A program made the position numbers and the translations under genes. Below, piece after piece: positions 41,330 through 54,643 of a stretch of DNA of 64,000 nt. Position 1 is the first letter of the stretch; each line of letters starts with the position of its first letter. Source of the DNA: Octopus sinensis (taxonomy: Eukaryota); assembly GCF_006345805.1 (NCBI RefSeq), contig NW_021836302.1:1-64000 (forward strand), given 5' to 3'. The notes under the pieces are model-generated. The model was given only the letters and a program-made list of their open reading frames with translations, was not told the origin of the DNA and made no database searches.

Positions 41330-42808
41330 AATATTAGGGAATAAATCCACTCTTACAGGGAAAAATCAGATTTAGGATTGAATCCAATTTTATAGTAAAA
41401 TAATATATATTATATTAAATTAGAGATAAAACCACTATTAGGCAAATCATACAATGAAAAACTTAAGCCAATACATAAGATTATTTGATTTATATTATTT
41501 AAATATATAACAAAATTATAAAAAAATATAATTAATATAACACTACGTTCGTTTCATGGCTGTTAATTTCTTAAACTTTTCGAGTTACAGTCATTCATCA
41601 GGTGGTTTAAATATCTAAAATGTAATCAATATTTTTAAGATATAGATAATACATATAATATAATAATTTTACTTACAATAAACTCTATTATCAAATATGA
41701 TTATATCCAAATCGACTATAATGTTAAATATTAATTTTAATTTATAAGGTAGGAAACCCATAATCTAATATCAATATTAGTCTATATCTAATTACATAAA
41801 TATTTAAAATGACTAATATATATAAATTATCAATGAAAATATATATATAAATATTATAATCAAGATCTAAAATAATCTCTATAAATAATTGTATATAATA
41901 AAAACCTAATAAATTTAATTTTTCATATTTAAAGATGAAATAGCTAATTTCAAAATACAAATAAACAAACTTAGACGAACTTTCAGAAATCTTATGTAAA
42001 ATACTTTTAGAAATAATCAATATTTAGTAATATAGTATCGAATAAATACTATAAGTACTATAAATATAATTATGAATGGGAATAATTATCTAATATAAAT
42101 TTAAAGAAATAACTAAGTTATGCTATTAAATTAGACATGGCCTAGACCAATCTTTAGTCGAAACATATCTAAGTTTATCAAAGTTTATCTAATTTAATTA
42201 TAAATTTAAAACTACAATTAATACTATTAAAACATGTATATACAAAGCCTAACTTAATACACCTAGTATGTTTGCTATCAAATAATAAATCTATCACTAA
42301 AAAGTATCTTACGAATAAACTTCAATTTAATATCTAATAACATAGAAAATTACGATAATTAGATCATTACATAAACAACGATATTTACATAAGGAGAATA
42401 TTATTACTCCAAAGGCTTATACAATATTAAAATTTACAATTTGAAGATCTTAAATAAATACATACTTAACTTGGCGAGGTTTAATCAATAATATTTAACA
42501 TTGTAGTCGATTTGGATATAATCATATTTGATAATAGAGTTTATTATAAGTAAAATTATTATATTATATATATTATTTATATCTTTAAAATATTGATTAT
42601 ATTTTAGATATTTAAACCACCTGATGAATGACTGTAACTCGAAAAATTTAAGAAATTAACAGCCATGAAACGATCGTAGTATTATATTAATTATATTTTT
42701 TAATAATTTTGATATATATTTAAATAATATAAATTAAATAATCTTATGTATTGGCTTAAGTTTTTCATTGTATGATTTGCCTAATAGTGGTTTTATCTCT
42801 AATTTAAT
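41330..42808. mobile_element. 1.4-kb foldback element with ~320-bp arms, each with a hammerhead motif, in (TA)n
   Basis: Arms 41414-41732 and 42489-42808. HHRs at 41541-41605 (-) and 42617-42681 (+), both with CTGATGA and GAAAC. Confidence 0.85.
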
Positions 42809-42854
42809 ATATATATATATAATATATATATATTATATATATATAGATATATAT

Positions 42855-42885
<31 letters not shown>

Positions 42886-43069
42886 GTATATGATTAAATA
42901 AGGGTAGAAATTGATATTAATCAATTAAAACCAGTAGCTTAGCATATTTTTAAAAAATCTGAAGATTAAAAATTGTTCTACATACAAAATTTAGAGGACC
43001 GACCACTAAAAGTGGACAGCCTATATGTTAAACATAGTGAAGACATTCGAAAGATACACTTAAATATAA

Positions 43070-43800
43070 AATGTAGAACTTTATACATGGTAGATTTCGG
43101 TTGAGCGTTCTGTATCTAGTTCTGGAAATTGCGTTTTATAAAATGGCGAAAGTAAGTTCGAAAGCAGGGTAGGTGGATGAAATGAGTATGGGGGAAAGAG
43201 TTGGCTTCGGTGCAATCATTGATGGACTACCATAAAGTTCAAAAGTGAAACCAGTGTATGAGACTAAGAAAAGGTTTGCATGTCTAGGGCCCATCTTAGA
43301 TCCCATGGCCACCCCAGTTGCTTTTCGCTATAGAAAGAGATACAATTCAATGTAAAGTCAAGCCCGGAAAGGTGAAAGAGAGTAGAAGTGCCGGTTTTGA
43401 GGGTAGTGCAACGATCTTGGAACTATCTAAGGATGAGAAGATGGGGTAAAAGCGAAATAGAGCAAAAAGAGTTATGGAGGAGGAACTGGACCGGAAGGAA
43501 TGAAGTGGAAAGTATGGTTATCATCATGGTTCTAGGAAGAAAGGGAAGTTACTAAGAGTAAAGAGCATCCTATCGAGGTTGTTTAGATATGAATGATGCG
43601 TAACATTGCAAGTGGAAATGATGGTGCGGCTAGGATTTTTAGATTTATGAACGTTGGTGAGGAAGCAGATGGTGGGGATTCTGGGGGAAACAGAGAATAG
43701 GCTGATAGCAGTGGTTAGGAGAGGGGAGGGAGAGATGACGAAGTGATGAGCTTCTTTTTGCAGTGGTGCACAGCAGACATTGGAGGCTAGCGGGAAAGTG
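43070..43800 (-). pseudogene. Highly degenerate Penelope-like reverse transcriptase fragment
   Basis: Minus-strand pieces ICFLTNVHK/NPSRTIIS (cf. FLPKIHK.NPGRPIVS), TLN..SF and GVAMGSKMGP..ANLF, with many stops and frameshifts. Confidence 0.7.
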
Positions 43801-44289
43801 AGATGGAAAGAGTAGGAAAACTTCCGATCAGAAAATGTTTGTTCTTCACCTAATATCGATTATATTCATTTGTTGTCGCATCAAAATTAAACTGGATAAT
43901 TATTTTCTATTTAGCCACTTGTATAAATCAATCGGAATTTATTAGAGTTAAATATAAACGAGAATATAAAAGTACATGGTTACTCTCTGAAGATATCTCT
44001 GTAATGATAATTTAGATGGCAAAACAAAATGTAGGTCTTCGGAGAAATTGAATTAAAAATAAACAAACTAGTCTCCACGTCATTTCAAGTAAATATCGTC
44101 AAACATTTATGAGATATATGTGTACATACATACATACAGACGTACATACAGAGATACATACATACATACATACATACATACATACATACATACATACAGA
44201 GCTATATACACACATGTATGTGTGTTGTATAATTGAGAGTGAGTTTCAGTGATGCACATGTCCAAATGCGTAAACATTATGCATTGACA

Positions 44290-44431
<142 letters not shown>

Positions 44432-44477
44432 CTTCACATACACCTACGCACAAACATACATTAACACACACACATAT

Positions 44478-45388
44478 AGGGTGCAATAGGTAAGTTGTCG
44501 CCATTTTATATCTTTAATTTCGCGCATGAGCATTGTTTGTTTTTGATTTTGTAGAGTACACAGTATAGTAGGGTCAGTTGGGCATCGTCTGTGAGAAAAG
44601 AGGCACCCTGACACAATTGACTCTACCGGAAATTTAGAAACGACATGCTGTACCGTTTGGCATCTACGTCGGAAGCTCCGACACGAATATTTTAAAGTGT
44701 TTAGGTGTCAATATGAGGACACTGTTATCTGAGGGCATGTACTGAGAGCGATAAAAATCAAACATCCTGTCAACAGCATCGTGTTTAGAGTGATCACTAA
44801 TGACGGCGGCGTTATGCCTCTATTCATCTCCCCACACGGCCTCAGCCTCAATACGAAGGGCTACATTAAGTCCTTGGAGGAGGTACCTGGCTCTTGGAGG
44901 CCCTGGCTCAAGAGGGTGGCTGCTGGAAGACCCTATGTCTGGCAGCAGGACTCTGCAACATGTCACACAATTACGAGAACCCGGTCATGGCTGTCAGACA
45001 ATTTCTGCGACCATATCGCCCTTAACATCTGGATACCTAACTCTCCAGACTGCAACTCCCTTCATTATTATGTGTGAGACGTAGTTGAGCGAGGGACCAA
45101 CAAAACTCCTTGTAACACCAAAGATGACCTAAAGGTAAGGATTATAGTAGCATTCATCAACTTAAACAACGAGACCGTCCAGAAGAGTGCACGACGTTCC
45201 GAAGTTGTCTGGATTATATATATATATATATATAAGTTGAAGCCAATGACAATTTTTTTCATTAAATTTACTCTTTAATATTTCAAGATATCTTTGTGTA
45301 ATTTTGGTAAATATATCTGTTAAAATGAGATTTCAGTGTTATTTTCATTTTTGCATAATTTAGACGACAATTTGTTCACCGCACCCTG
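44478..45388 (+). mobile_element. Internally deleted maT (DD37D) Tc1/mariner element
   Basis: YVWQQDSA.CHT..WLSDNF..W.PNSPDCNSL(H)YYV with 37-residue spacing; TIRs agggtgc..ttgtcg / cgacaatt..gcaccctg followed by TA. Confidence 0.85.
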
Positions 45389-45694
45389 TATATGCAATTC
45401 TATTCTTGAAAAGCTATGCCTAACATACTTTAACAATTATTTCATCTGAACTTGTCACTGGTTACACACTTATGGCATGATGCGTATATTACTTATAAAT
45501 ATGGTTACCATGTATATGATCCTCTAGAGACAGCTGTCGAGATAAAGGCATTACCTATTCTTTTCTTTATAGTCTGTGCTCCACATAAATATAGGCGTCA
45601 ATCCTCTGTTTTCGGTACGGAGCGTATTTTTCTATCACTCTCTCTCTCTCTCGCTTTCTCTTTCACACACACACAATATATATGTATGTATGTA

Positions 45695-45774
<80 letters not shown>

Positions 45775-45867
45775 CAGCAACAATTTAGATTCAAATGAAT
45801 ATGGTACTTAATTTAGATGCACCAGAATTTTTGTATGGTGTCATCCATAAAAATTTGCGGGGTGATT

Positions 45868-46580
45868 ATAATAAAAAATAAGCAACAAGAATGATTCTGG
45901 TAATTTGGTACAATTGTTTCGCACTACATCATTTTATTAAAAGTTGTATGTATTACAGCAGATTTAAGATGCTGAGTGCTCATTAGCCAAATATATAGGT
46001 TTTCCAATAATACAAAAGGCTTTCAAATCAAGTAGTAACATTATAGAGAAGGTAGATATACAGATAAAGATGTAGATTTAAATTTTAAGAACATATGAGG
46101 TTGTGAAGTCCAGCCACTGACTGACCACGCTATATCTGTATCTGACTGCTATAAGAATAGAAGTAATAAAGATTTTTTAGTTGTAGGAATGGGGTAAGGG
46201 AGGTTTCAGAATACCATAAAAGGAATTCAAGTTGCCACTAACAAAATGCCAATTACTGCTATTTGGTGAGAGGAACTAGGTCAATGTCAAAATCTTTATT
46301 ACTTCTATTCTTATAGCAGTCAGATACAGCTATAGCGTGGTCAGTCATGGCTGGACTTCACAACCTCATATGTTCTTAAAATTTAAATCTACATCTTTAT
46401 CTGTATATCTACCTTCTCTATAATGTTACTACTTGATTTGAAAGCCTTTGTATTATTGGAAAACCTATATATTTGGCTGATGAGCACTCAGCATCTTAAA
46501 TCTGCTGTAATACTTACAACTTTTAATAAAATGATGTAGTGCGAAATTACCAGTCATTCTTGTTGCTTATTTTTTATTAT
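45868..46580. mobile_element. ~710-bp foldback element with a hammerhead motif in each arm
   Basis: Arms 45868-46176 and 46289-46580, only ~7 differences by eye. HHRs at 45904-45991 (-) and 46472-46546 (+). Right end abuts (TA)n. Confidence 0.9.
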
Positions 46581-46694
46581 ATATATATATATATATATAT
46601 ATATCAACAATTGAGGGTAAAATTAATTAATTAATCAATTTCACCAAGTGTTCAGTATGTAAAAGGACCATTTAAGGCGAATTCAAAATATTAC

Positions 46695-47085
46695 ATTATA
46701 TAATTAGGGCTTAGTAAAATAAATTACTTTGCCACATACTGAACTTAGTAGAAATAGCAGCCAAAAAAATTTTCTTAGCATTTCTACTACTTAAAGAAAA
46801 TTTCTCTCAGATAATGTTTACTCTAGACAGCTCACGAAGGTTTGGGGGTAAATACAGAACAATATCACAAGTACATAGAACGTTGACGTACTCAAACGAT
46901 CTATGTACTTGTGATATTTTTCTGTATTTACCCCCAAACCTTCGTGAGCTGTCTAGAGTAAACATTATCTGAGAGAAATTTTCTTTAAGTAGTAGAAATG
47001 GTAAGAAAAATTTTTTTGGCTGCTATTTCTACTAACTTCAGTATGTGGCAAAGTAATTTATTTTACTAAGCCCTAATTATATAAT
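46695..47085. mobile_element. Near-perfect ~390-bp palindrome (185-bp arms, 20-nt loop)
   Basis: 46695-46879 versus 46900-47085, 3 differences by eye; agggcttagtaaaataaattactttgcc family. Confidence 0.9.
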
Positions 47086-47120
47086 TATATATATATATAA
47101 TATATATATATGTATGTTTG

Positions 47121-47155
<35 letters not shown>

Positions 47156-47173
47156 TATATATATACATACATT

Positions 47174-47206
<33 letters not shown>

Positions 47207-48319
47207 TATATATACATATACACATATATGTATATATGCATATATGTCTGTATGTGTGTGTGTGTGTCCGTATAAACGTGTGTGTGTGTGTACGAAAAGA
47301 AAAATAAACGAATTAGCATGAGCGAAAGAGGGTAATGCTTATAACTATGCCGTAACTGTCAGTCTTTCACCATTTTTCTCTTCGATGCTACCCGTTTTCC
47401 ACAGGAGGGATGGAGAGTTGGACCCGGAATCTTTTTTCTATGCATTATCCCAGGATGATTATGAATTTAAATAAAAATAATGGAAAAAAAAAAATCGTTG
47501 AGAAATGGTGACATTGTTTCAAGACAAACATGAACACTTAGACATGCAATTGTACTTGTTAATCCCACGCTAATCTCTTATTAAGCGGATTTATAGCGAG
47601 ATGCTTTGCAAACGTGACCATCCCCATTCTTTTATTTTCCAGCTGTGTGCTATTCAGTTCCAGATTATCTAATGTGTGTTACGCCCTTTGTTATATCGGT
47701 AGACTGTGACTTGAGGGAGATGTGATTGTTATTTCCAGCTGATTGAAGCATCACATAGACGTATCTAAGCTGGCTGGCAATACCTATTTGTACGTTTATG
47801 TGGGCGAGAAAACAACTCTGGAAAGAAGCAACTCTTTTATTATTTCAAAATGGTTATTGATCTAGACATTCGTCTCTTTAATCTCAGGCGTGAGCGCCAA
47901 CTTACCTACTTCACCATACAGACACGTAGAATATACATACTTCACTAGAGAGACATGAATCACTCTTATGTATACATTCTTGAAAGTACGATTTTATTTT
48001 AGCATTTGATTATTTATTACGACTTTGTTTTTCACTTCGTTGCAAATTGTTCATAATTCTATTAAGAATATCATTTTCCCCAAGGTTCCTTGAGCTCTCA
48101 ACCTGTCAAGAGCTGATCCTACATCATATTTTCATAACTGAAGTGTTTGAACTGGTACTATCAGGAGTCAAATCTCGTTACGTTTTTTTTCTTGTATATG
48201 TCGTTTCATTATTTAAAATTTTAACATTATGTTTATTGACAAAGGCTTGAAAAAGTAAATATTACATACGTGTTTCAAATTGTTAATGTTCCCATAACTT
48301 TATTGTTACACATTAAAAA

Positions 48320-48470
48320 CAACCAATGGGCGCAGCCGGTTTGTTTAAGAATTTCGTTTCAGATCTGCTTGGATTCGGACAGATTCCACTGTGTGGGATC
48401 TTGGGCAAGTGTCTTCTACCGCAGCTTCGGGTTAACCAATGTCTTGGGAGCAGAATTTGGTTGACAAGAG
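48320..48470 (+). mobile_element. CORE-type SINE (family B), degenerate
   Basis: ttccactgtgtgggatcttgggcaagtgtcttctac..gcttcggg..ccaat. Confidence 0.7.
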
Positions 48471-48474
48471 CTGT

Positions 48475-49030
48475 GCTGATATCTATCACATATGAGCACG
48501 CTTTCGCTTTTCATTATTTGAATTGTGACACTGAGGTATTTCACCGACATCCTTGTCCCTTTTCTGCCTCATTTAGACCTCAAGTATATCATCATTGATA
48601 CAGTTTGCCTAAGGTGTAATGCAGGGGCAGTACTAATTTCAGATTTCTGTTCCTGCCATGCTGCATCCAGGTTAACTTCATTCTTTCGCACCAGAATTTT
48701 ACCCCGAACGAATCCCCATCCTCTTAGGAAGAGAAGGTGTGTATTGCTGATCGGTTTTGACTGAATATTTTGTTAAAACAGATTTTTGTTCAGGTGTCCT
48801 CTTCTCTTGCCGGAATTTTTCAATGTAAGTTCTTAACTTCTGTTTTAGGGCGATTCATTTATACCCAAGAGTAGCTTTGTTGATCTCTTCAAGCATGGAA
48901 TCTATTTTATCATTCAATTTCTTTAAGAGGCGAATGTTGTTACTTGTTCTGTTTGTACGTAATAAGCATCGCAACATAATTGATAATGTTCTGTAGAACA
49001 GAAATCTTCTTTTCCATTTTCTAAATATTA
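48475..49030 (-). pseudogene. Possible old R4/Dong N-terminal ORF remnant
   Basis: KWKRR.., LKQKLRTY..FRQ and AAWQE resemble the pre-RT region of R4-clade ORFs (recalled, not aligned). Confidence 0.3.
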
Positions 49031-49428
49031 TTTCATTTGTTTCAGTCATTTGACTGCGCCATGCGGAACACCGCCTTTAGTCGAGCAAATCGACCCAGGA
49101 CTTATTCTATCGGCTCTTTTGCCGAACCGCTAAGTTACCGTGATGTAAATACACCAGCATCGGTTGTCAAGCGATGGTGGAGGGACAAACTTAGACGCAC
49201 AAACACACACTCACACACACACACACACACACACACCACACACACACACACACACACACGCACACGACAGGCTTCTTTCAGTTTCCATCTACCAAATCCA
49301 CTCACAAGGCTTTGGTCGGCTCTAGGATATAGTAGAAAACACTTGGCCAAGATAACACGCAGTGGGACTGAACCCGGAACCGTGTAATTGGTAAGCAAGC
49401 TACTTACCACGCAGGTACTCCTGCGCCT
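49030..49428 (-). mobile_element. Full-length CORE-type SINE (family B) with internal (TG)n
   Basis: Head aggcgcaggag..gtggtaagtagcttgc, B-box gggttcagtccc, CORE-like ttggccaagtgttttctac, tail ggcggtgttccgcatggcgcagtc. Confidence 0.85.
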
Positions 49429-50335
49429 ACGTAACATTTTTATTACTTTTTCTCATCTGATGATGAATAAGCTGTCCGTTATTTGAAACCGTTTTATATC
49501 TTTAGTAAATATCTCATGATCACGAACGTTTTGCCTCTTAACTTGAGCAGTTCACATGAGCGGGTCAACAAAAACTGAATTAGGCTTCGTCTACAAAATG
49601 ATTCAATCTACCGCCTCTTGTCAAGCACAACCACCTTGAGATAGCAGCGACCGTAAAAACGTAGATTGAAATTGATAGCGTGAAAAGAGTATTATAAGAA
49701 ATGTGGTCTGTTGGGACATGTGATGTCATCAATGTAGTTATAGGAATATCACTTTTAGAAAAATATTCCAATAATGTTATTTACGTAGTGTGGACACTTT
49801 TGGGAATAAAAGCGTCCACACATTCATTGCTTTTAGGTATAATAAAATTATTCTCATCAATCCATGTCTTCTGCTCCACAAGGGCTGCTTGTCGGCGTAA
49901 TTGTTTAACCGCGACATAATTCAATTTTGGAAAAGTTCGTCGCAGTGTAGTTCTCATTCCAATCTTACAGACAAGGGAGAGATCAATGTTTGCCATTCTA
50001 TATAAATTAAATGTTATTATTGATTGTATAACTCCGAGAACAATGCACTTCATAATTTCGGTGTCTTCTCAAGCCAAAACTAAAACAAATGCTGTTTGTC
50101 TTTCTCGTTTCTGCACCACTATCGTTAATGGTGTTCAGGCACGTTAAAACCAAGCTTGAGACGAATATCATTACGGATTTGAATAAAAAAAAGTTAATTC
50201 TCCACTGAATCTACTCATCAGAATAACCAGTTGTTTAGCAAGACTGATAGTTATGGAATTAATGTTGGACATGAGATTCATCCCAAATTCAATGGAGAAT
50301 CTCGCATACTAAGTAGACAACTGCCCACACCGGAG

Positions 50336-50406
<71 letters not shown>

Positions 50407-50407
50407 G

Positions 50408-50461
<54 letters not shown>

Positions 50462-50617
50462 GTATGTATGTATGTATGTATGTATGTATGTATGTATGTA
50501 TGTATGTATGTATGTATGTATGTATCTATCTATCTATCTATCTATCTATCAATCTGTTTGCCTCTCTGTCTGTCCGCTCGTCCGTCCACCTGCCTGTCTG
50601 CCTGCCTGCCCGCCTGC

Positions 50618-50680
<63 letters not shown>

Positions 50681-50689
50681 ACTACCTAC

Positions 50690-50755
<66 letters not shown>

Positions 50756-50810
50756 GTCTATCTGTTTCCCTGTCTGTCTGTCCGTCCGTCTGCCTGCCTG
50801 TCTGTCTACT
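50336..50810. repeat. (TCTA)n/(TATG)n microsatellite
   Basis: Direct observation; explains ORF 50231..51106. Confidence 0.95.
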
Positions 50811-51443
50811 TACCTTTATATTCATGTATTTCTTTGAGATCCAAGTCCTTTCCAGAATCCAAGTCGCTGAACGACGAAGTGACAACGAGTTTTTCATTTC
50901 AGTCGAAGCTGTTACCCTTCACTTTTGAATATTGTGAATATCTGAGCGAAGTTAATAATCTTTTTAACTTGTTTCACTCATTCAACCCATGTTTGGGTGG
51001 GGAGCACCTTCTTGAAGACGTTGAATCTACTGTGCTACTTGTTTTTAAGCCTGGTCATCTATTCTATCGCCTCCTTTTGCCAAAACGCTATGTTACGGCG
51101 TCGTAAACACACCAACACCGGTCACCGATTGTCATGTGGTGACACAAACTCACCCGCACATAAACCGCGATAGGTGAACTGCGATATGACGAGGGATTAC
51201 TGTATTATGGAAGTCTTGTACTGTTTTGACGCTGACTGATGTGCGCAAAACTTTATTTTCTTGTTAAGAATCAACGAAAAATCTGAACCTATGTAACAGA
51301 AGTTAGCTTCATATTCTAAAACTTTGCTTGTTTGGAATCACCTTTAAATATTAATATCTTACAAAGATTGTGCCATTTTGGAGTGGATATAATTGAGTGA
51401 AACTGGACCCCAGTTCATATATATTAAGGACCCTGATCATTTC

Positions 51444-52719
51444 AGGGTGTTCAGGCTAAATTTGGGATTTTTTTCTTTTATTTCTTTCAGTCATTTTGAT
51501 TGCGGCCATACTGGAGCATTGCTTTTAGTCGAACAAATCAACTCCAGGACTTATTCTTTGTAGGCCTAGTACTTATTCTATCGATCCCTTTTGTCGAACC
51601 GCTAAGATACGGGGACGTAAATACACCAAAATCGGTTGTCAAGCGATGGTGCGGAGAAACAAAAACAGACAAACACACACATACACATATACGACAGGCT
51701 TCTTTCAGTTTCTAGCTGCCAAATCCACTCACAAGGCTTTGGTCGGCCCGAGGCTATAGTAGAAGACACTTGTCCAAGGTGCCACACAGTGGGACTGAAC
51801 ATGGAACCATGTGGTTGCTAAGCAAGCTTCTTACCACAGAGCCATGCCTGCGCCTATTTGCATGAAAGGGAAGAAAAGCACAGTGTCCCATCTAAAAAGT
51901 ATTCTGAAAAAAAAATCAACTAGATTATGATTGGGTGATAACCGTATACTCAAAGTATCCACTCTTACCTGCGGCAAGACCTCATGACGGTTCCGGAACT
52001 TGGCGCATGCGCTCCTTACTGCTTCTCTGGGAAGGTCTTCGAACTCCTCATTGATCTTGGCCACCAGCTCGGCCTTGGGGTTGAAGGTTGAGGTGTTGGT
52101 GTCCTCAACACTGCCCCAAACATAGTAACCCATGGGATTACAATCGTGGGAATTAGAAGGCTAGAAATTTGCGTTAGTGAAGTCGTAGAAATTCTCTGAC
52201 AACTACTTCTGACTTTTCCCAGAGGCATGACAAGGAGCGAAATCCTGCTGCTACACATATAGACTTCCAGCAGCAATCCTCTCCAAGGGATTGACCACAA
52301 TCTCCGGCAGCTTCATATAATCGTCTAAATTGAGACTAAGGTCCTGTTCATCAGTTGTTGGGTAAATTCCAGTGTGTGTGCAGACGCATTCACAACGCCT
52401 GTCGTGTCCTTTCTGCTCGCCACGCTTAGCAGTTTCCATTGCAGCTGTCCATCCCACGTCATACAGCCTTAAAGTGTTCACAGAGCATTGTGCAATTGTC
52501 ATTTTGTCGGCATTTGGATACCCGGCGGGAATCCTCATGATACAGACAACTCTTTTCCAGTATTCCGATAGTTTCTAGTCGTCCATGTTAGTTAACTGTT
52601 TCTCAAATACAACTTTAAATCGCTATGCTCTTCAACGCTGTTCACTGCTCTCAATACATTAAGCACTTACTGAAAAACAGAAGACATAAAAATCGTCAAA
52701 TTTAGCCCGAACACCCTGT
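51444..52719 (-). mobile_element. Internally deleted maT (DD37D) element, interrupted by a family B SINE
   Basis: TIRs cagggtgttcaggctaaattt (51444) and aaatttagcccgaacaccctg (to 52719); transposase QQDFAPCH..LSENF..PSNSHDCNPMGYYVW. Confidence 0.8.
51478..51855 (-). mobile_element. Full-length CORE-type SINE (family B)
   Basis: Matches 49030-49428 over its length. Confidence 0.85.
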
Positions 52720-52744
52720 AGCGTATTGATTTGTAAGATTCGCA

Positions 52745-52940
52745 GGGCCGACTGCTTGGTTTCCATGGCGTGTAAGTGACCATGATCACAACATGCCCGT
52801 TAAATGGGTCTTCAGTCTGTCACGGAGTTACTCATTTACAACGTGAAATGAAGTGTTTTTCACAAGAACACAGCGCATCGGCCGGTCCGGCGATGGAAAT
52901 CCCCGTTTTGCGATCGTGAGTGCAACCATCTAACTACTAA
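52745..52940 (-). mobile_element. Degenerate CORE-like SINE
   Basis: gtgaaatgaagtgtttttcacaagaacacagcgc is the reverse complement of a CORE-like domain. Confidence 0.55.
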
Positions 52941-53869
52941 GTATATATATATATATATACACACCTAAAATGTATTGTATCGCAGCCGTAAACTATATCA
53001 ATCAAAAATCGACATCAGTAGAATGAAAACTCATGTCGTAGATGGACTGAACTAAATACAACAAAACGTCATTCAGCGTCATGACATTTTGAGCTTCTGT
53101 GCAGTTTCCAGCCACTGCGCCGTCTTTGCTTCTACGCTATCTTTTCCCATCTTTTCTTGCATAAAACTTAGACATATTCTCAATGTCTAATTGCAATAGG
53201 TTAATTATAAAATTTATACTCCCGTTAAAATACGTTTTACTTTCTGAGATGTAGCATATCAGAAAATAAGACTTCGAAGCAATTAAAATGTCGCTCGCAA
53301 ATCGAGCAGAGAAGGAAAAAAAAATGTTATCTCCTAACAAAACTATTATGTTTAAATCTGAATGAAACAGTAGCAAACGGGCTACAAAAACGGATATTGA
53401 TTTTCTTTTGGGTAACTTTTTCGAAATCGGGTATTTATCTGGTCGACATTCCATTAAAGAGTTTTAAAAAACAGAGATATAAAAAATAAACAATTTTATA
53501 TTGCTTCTGTAAACAAATACTTCTAATATTCATCGATTGTAGATAGTAAAGTCATGCAAGGCAGCCATTTTCCTTGAAGTCATCCTAGGATATCATCCCA
53601 TGCGCAATGGCAACGACCGTATCAGTTACAGTGAAACGATACGAGTTCTACAGAATATATATATTCTTGTAAACAATAGTAATGTGAGCTTGCATTGATC
53701 TATTACAAGGCAAACATATGAAATAATAATTTAAAATATGTGTTGCTTCTTTGACACGTGTATGTATAATGACTCCGATATTGAAGCTAAACTTATATAA
53801 TACTGCTTCAAATATATGGATACATATACTTGAACATACGTATATATATATATATATCTATATATATAA

Positions 53870-54470
53870 TATATATATATATTGGTAAAAACGGTAAGAT
53901 AACAAAAGAAAGAAAGAGAACTCAATATTATGTAACTAGAGGAAATTTATCTATGAAATAATATGTTACATTTACTCAATAGTCAAGATAAAACTCTGAG
54001 TTTCAGATGCCGAAGTGGAAATCCACAACACCATCTCTTCGGTTATCTGGCCATTTGAAAAACACTATGAAAAAATACCGTTATATAAAGGGAAATTACT
54101 GTGTCATTAATATATATATACACACACCGTCCTACTGTACAGGTAATGTTGCTTTGGTGGCGGAAATGGGTTCAGGTACAACACAATCATTTGATCACCA
54201 TCAACAAATCATGTGTACGTCTCTCAGCACGAAATTGCAGCATCGTCTTTTTCGTTGCGTTACCGATACACACTATTTTATTAAAGCCGAAAAATGTCTT
54301 CACAAACTGTTACTCAAAATCCCACGCGAGCGTTCGTCAGACAGTATTATCATAACAGTCTGACGAACGGATATGTGACACTAAGTAACAGCTGGTGAAG
54401 ATTTTCTTCGGCTTTAATCAGTTTTTGACTATGCTTCTAGCATTCGAGTACAATTTTTCCATCATATTTT
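53870..54470 (-). mobile_element. Penelope-like remnant with variant hammerhead (53987-54047) and a ~140-bp imperfect foldback (54280-54418)
   Basis: gataa CCGAAGA gatg..catct GAAA ctcagag TT ttatc; inverted arms attaaagccga..gttcgtcagac / gtctgacgaac..tcggctttaat. Confidence 0.55.
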
Positions 54471-54604
54471 CCACCTATGTGCTTCTCTCTATACATACAT
54501 ACAGAGTATGTATGTATAGTAAAGAGTAAAAGAGTAAAAGAGTAAGAAAGTATACATACATACATGATACATACATATATATATATGTATAATATATATA
54601 TATG

Positions 54605-54643
<39 letters not shown>

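Noticed and set aside
49455-49500. CTGATGA...GAAAC hammerhead-like spacing
   Set aside because: No stem I pairing and stem II does not close; likely chance.
49580-50053. Two in-frame minus-strand ORFs (90 + 63 aa) separated by one stop
   Set aside because: No recognisable motif; length is compatible with chance. A tBLASTn/HHpred hit would be needed.
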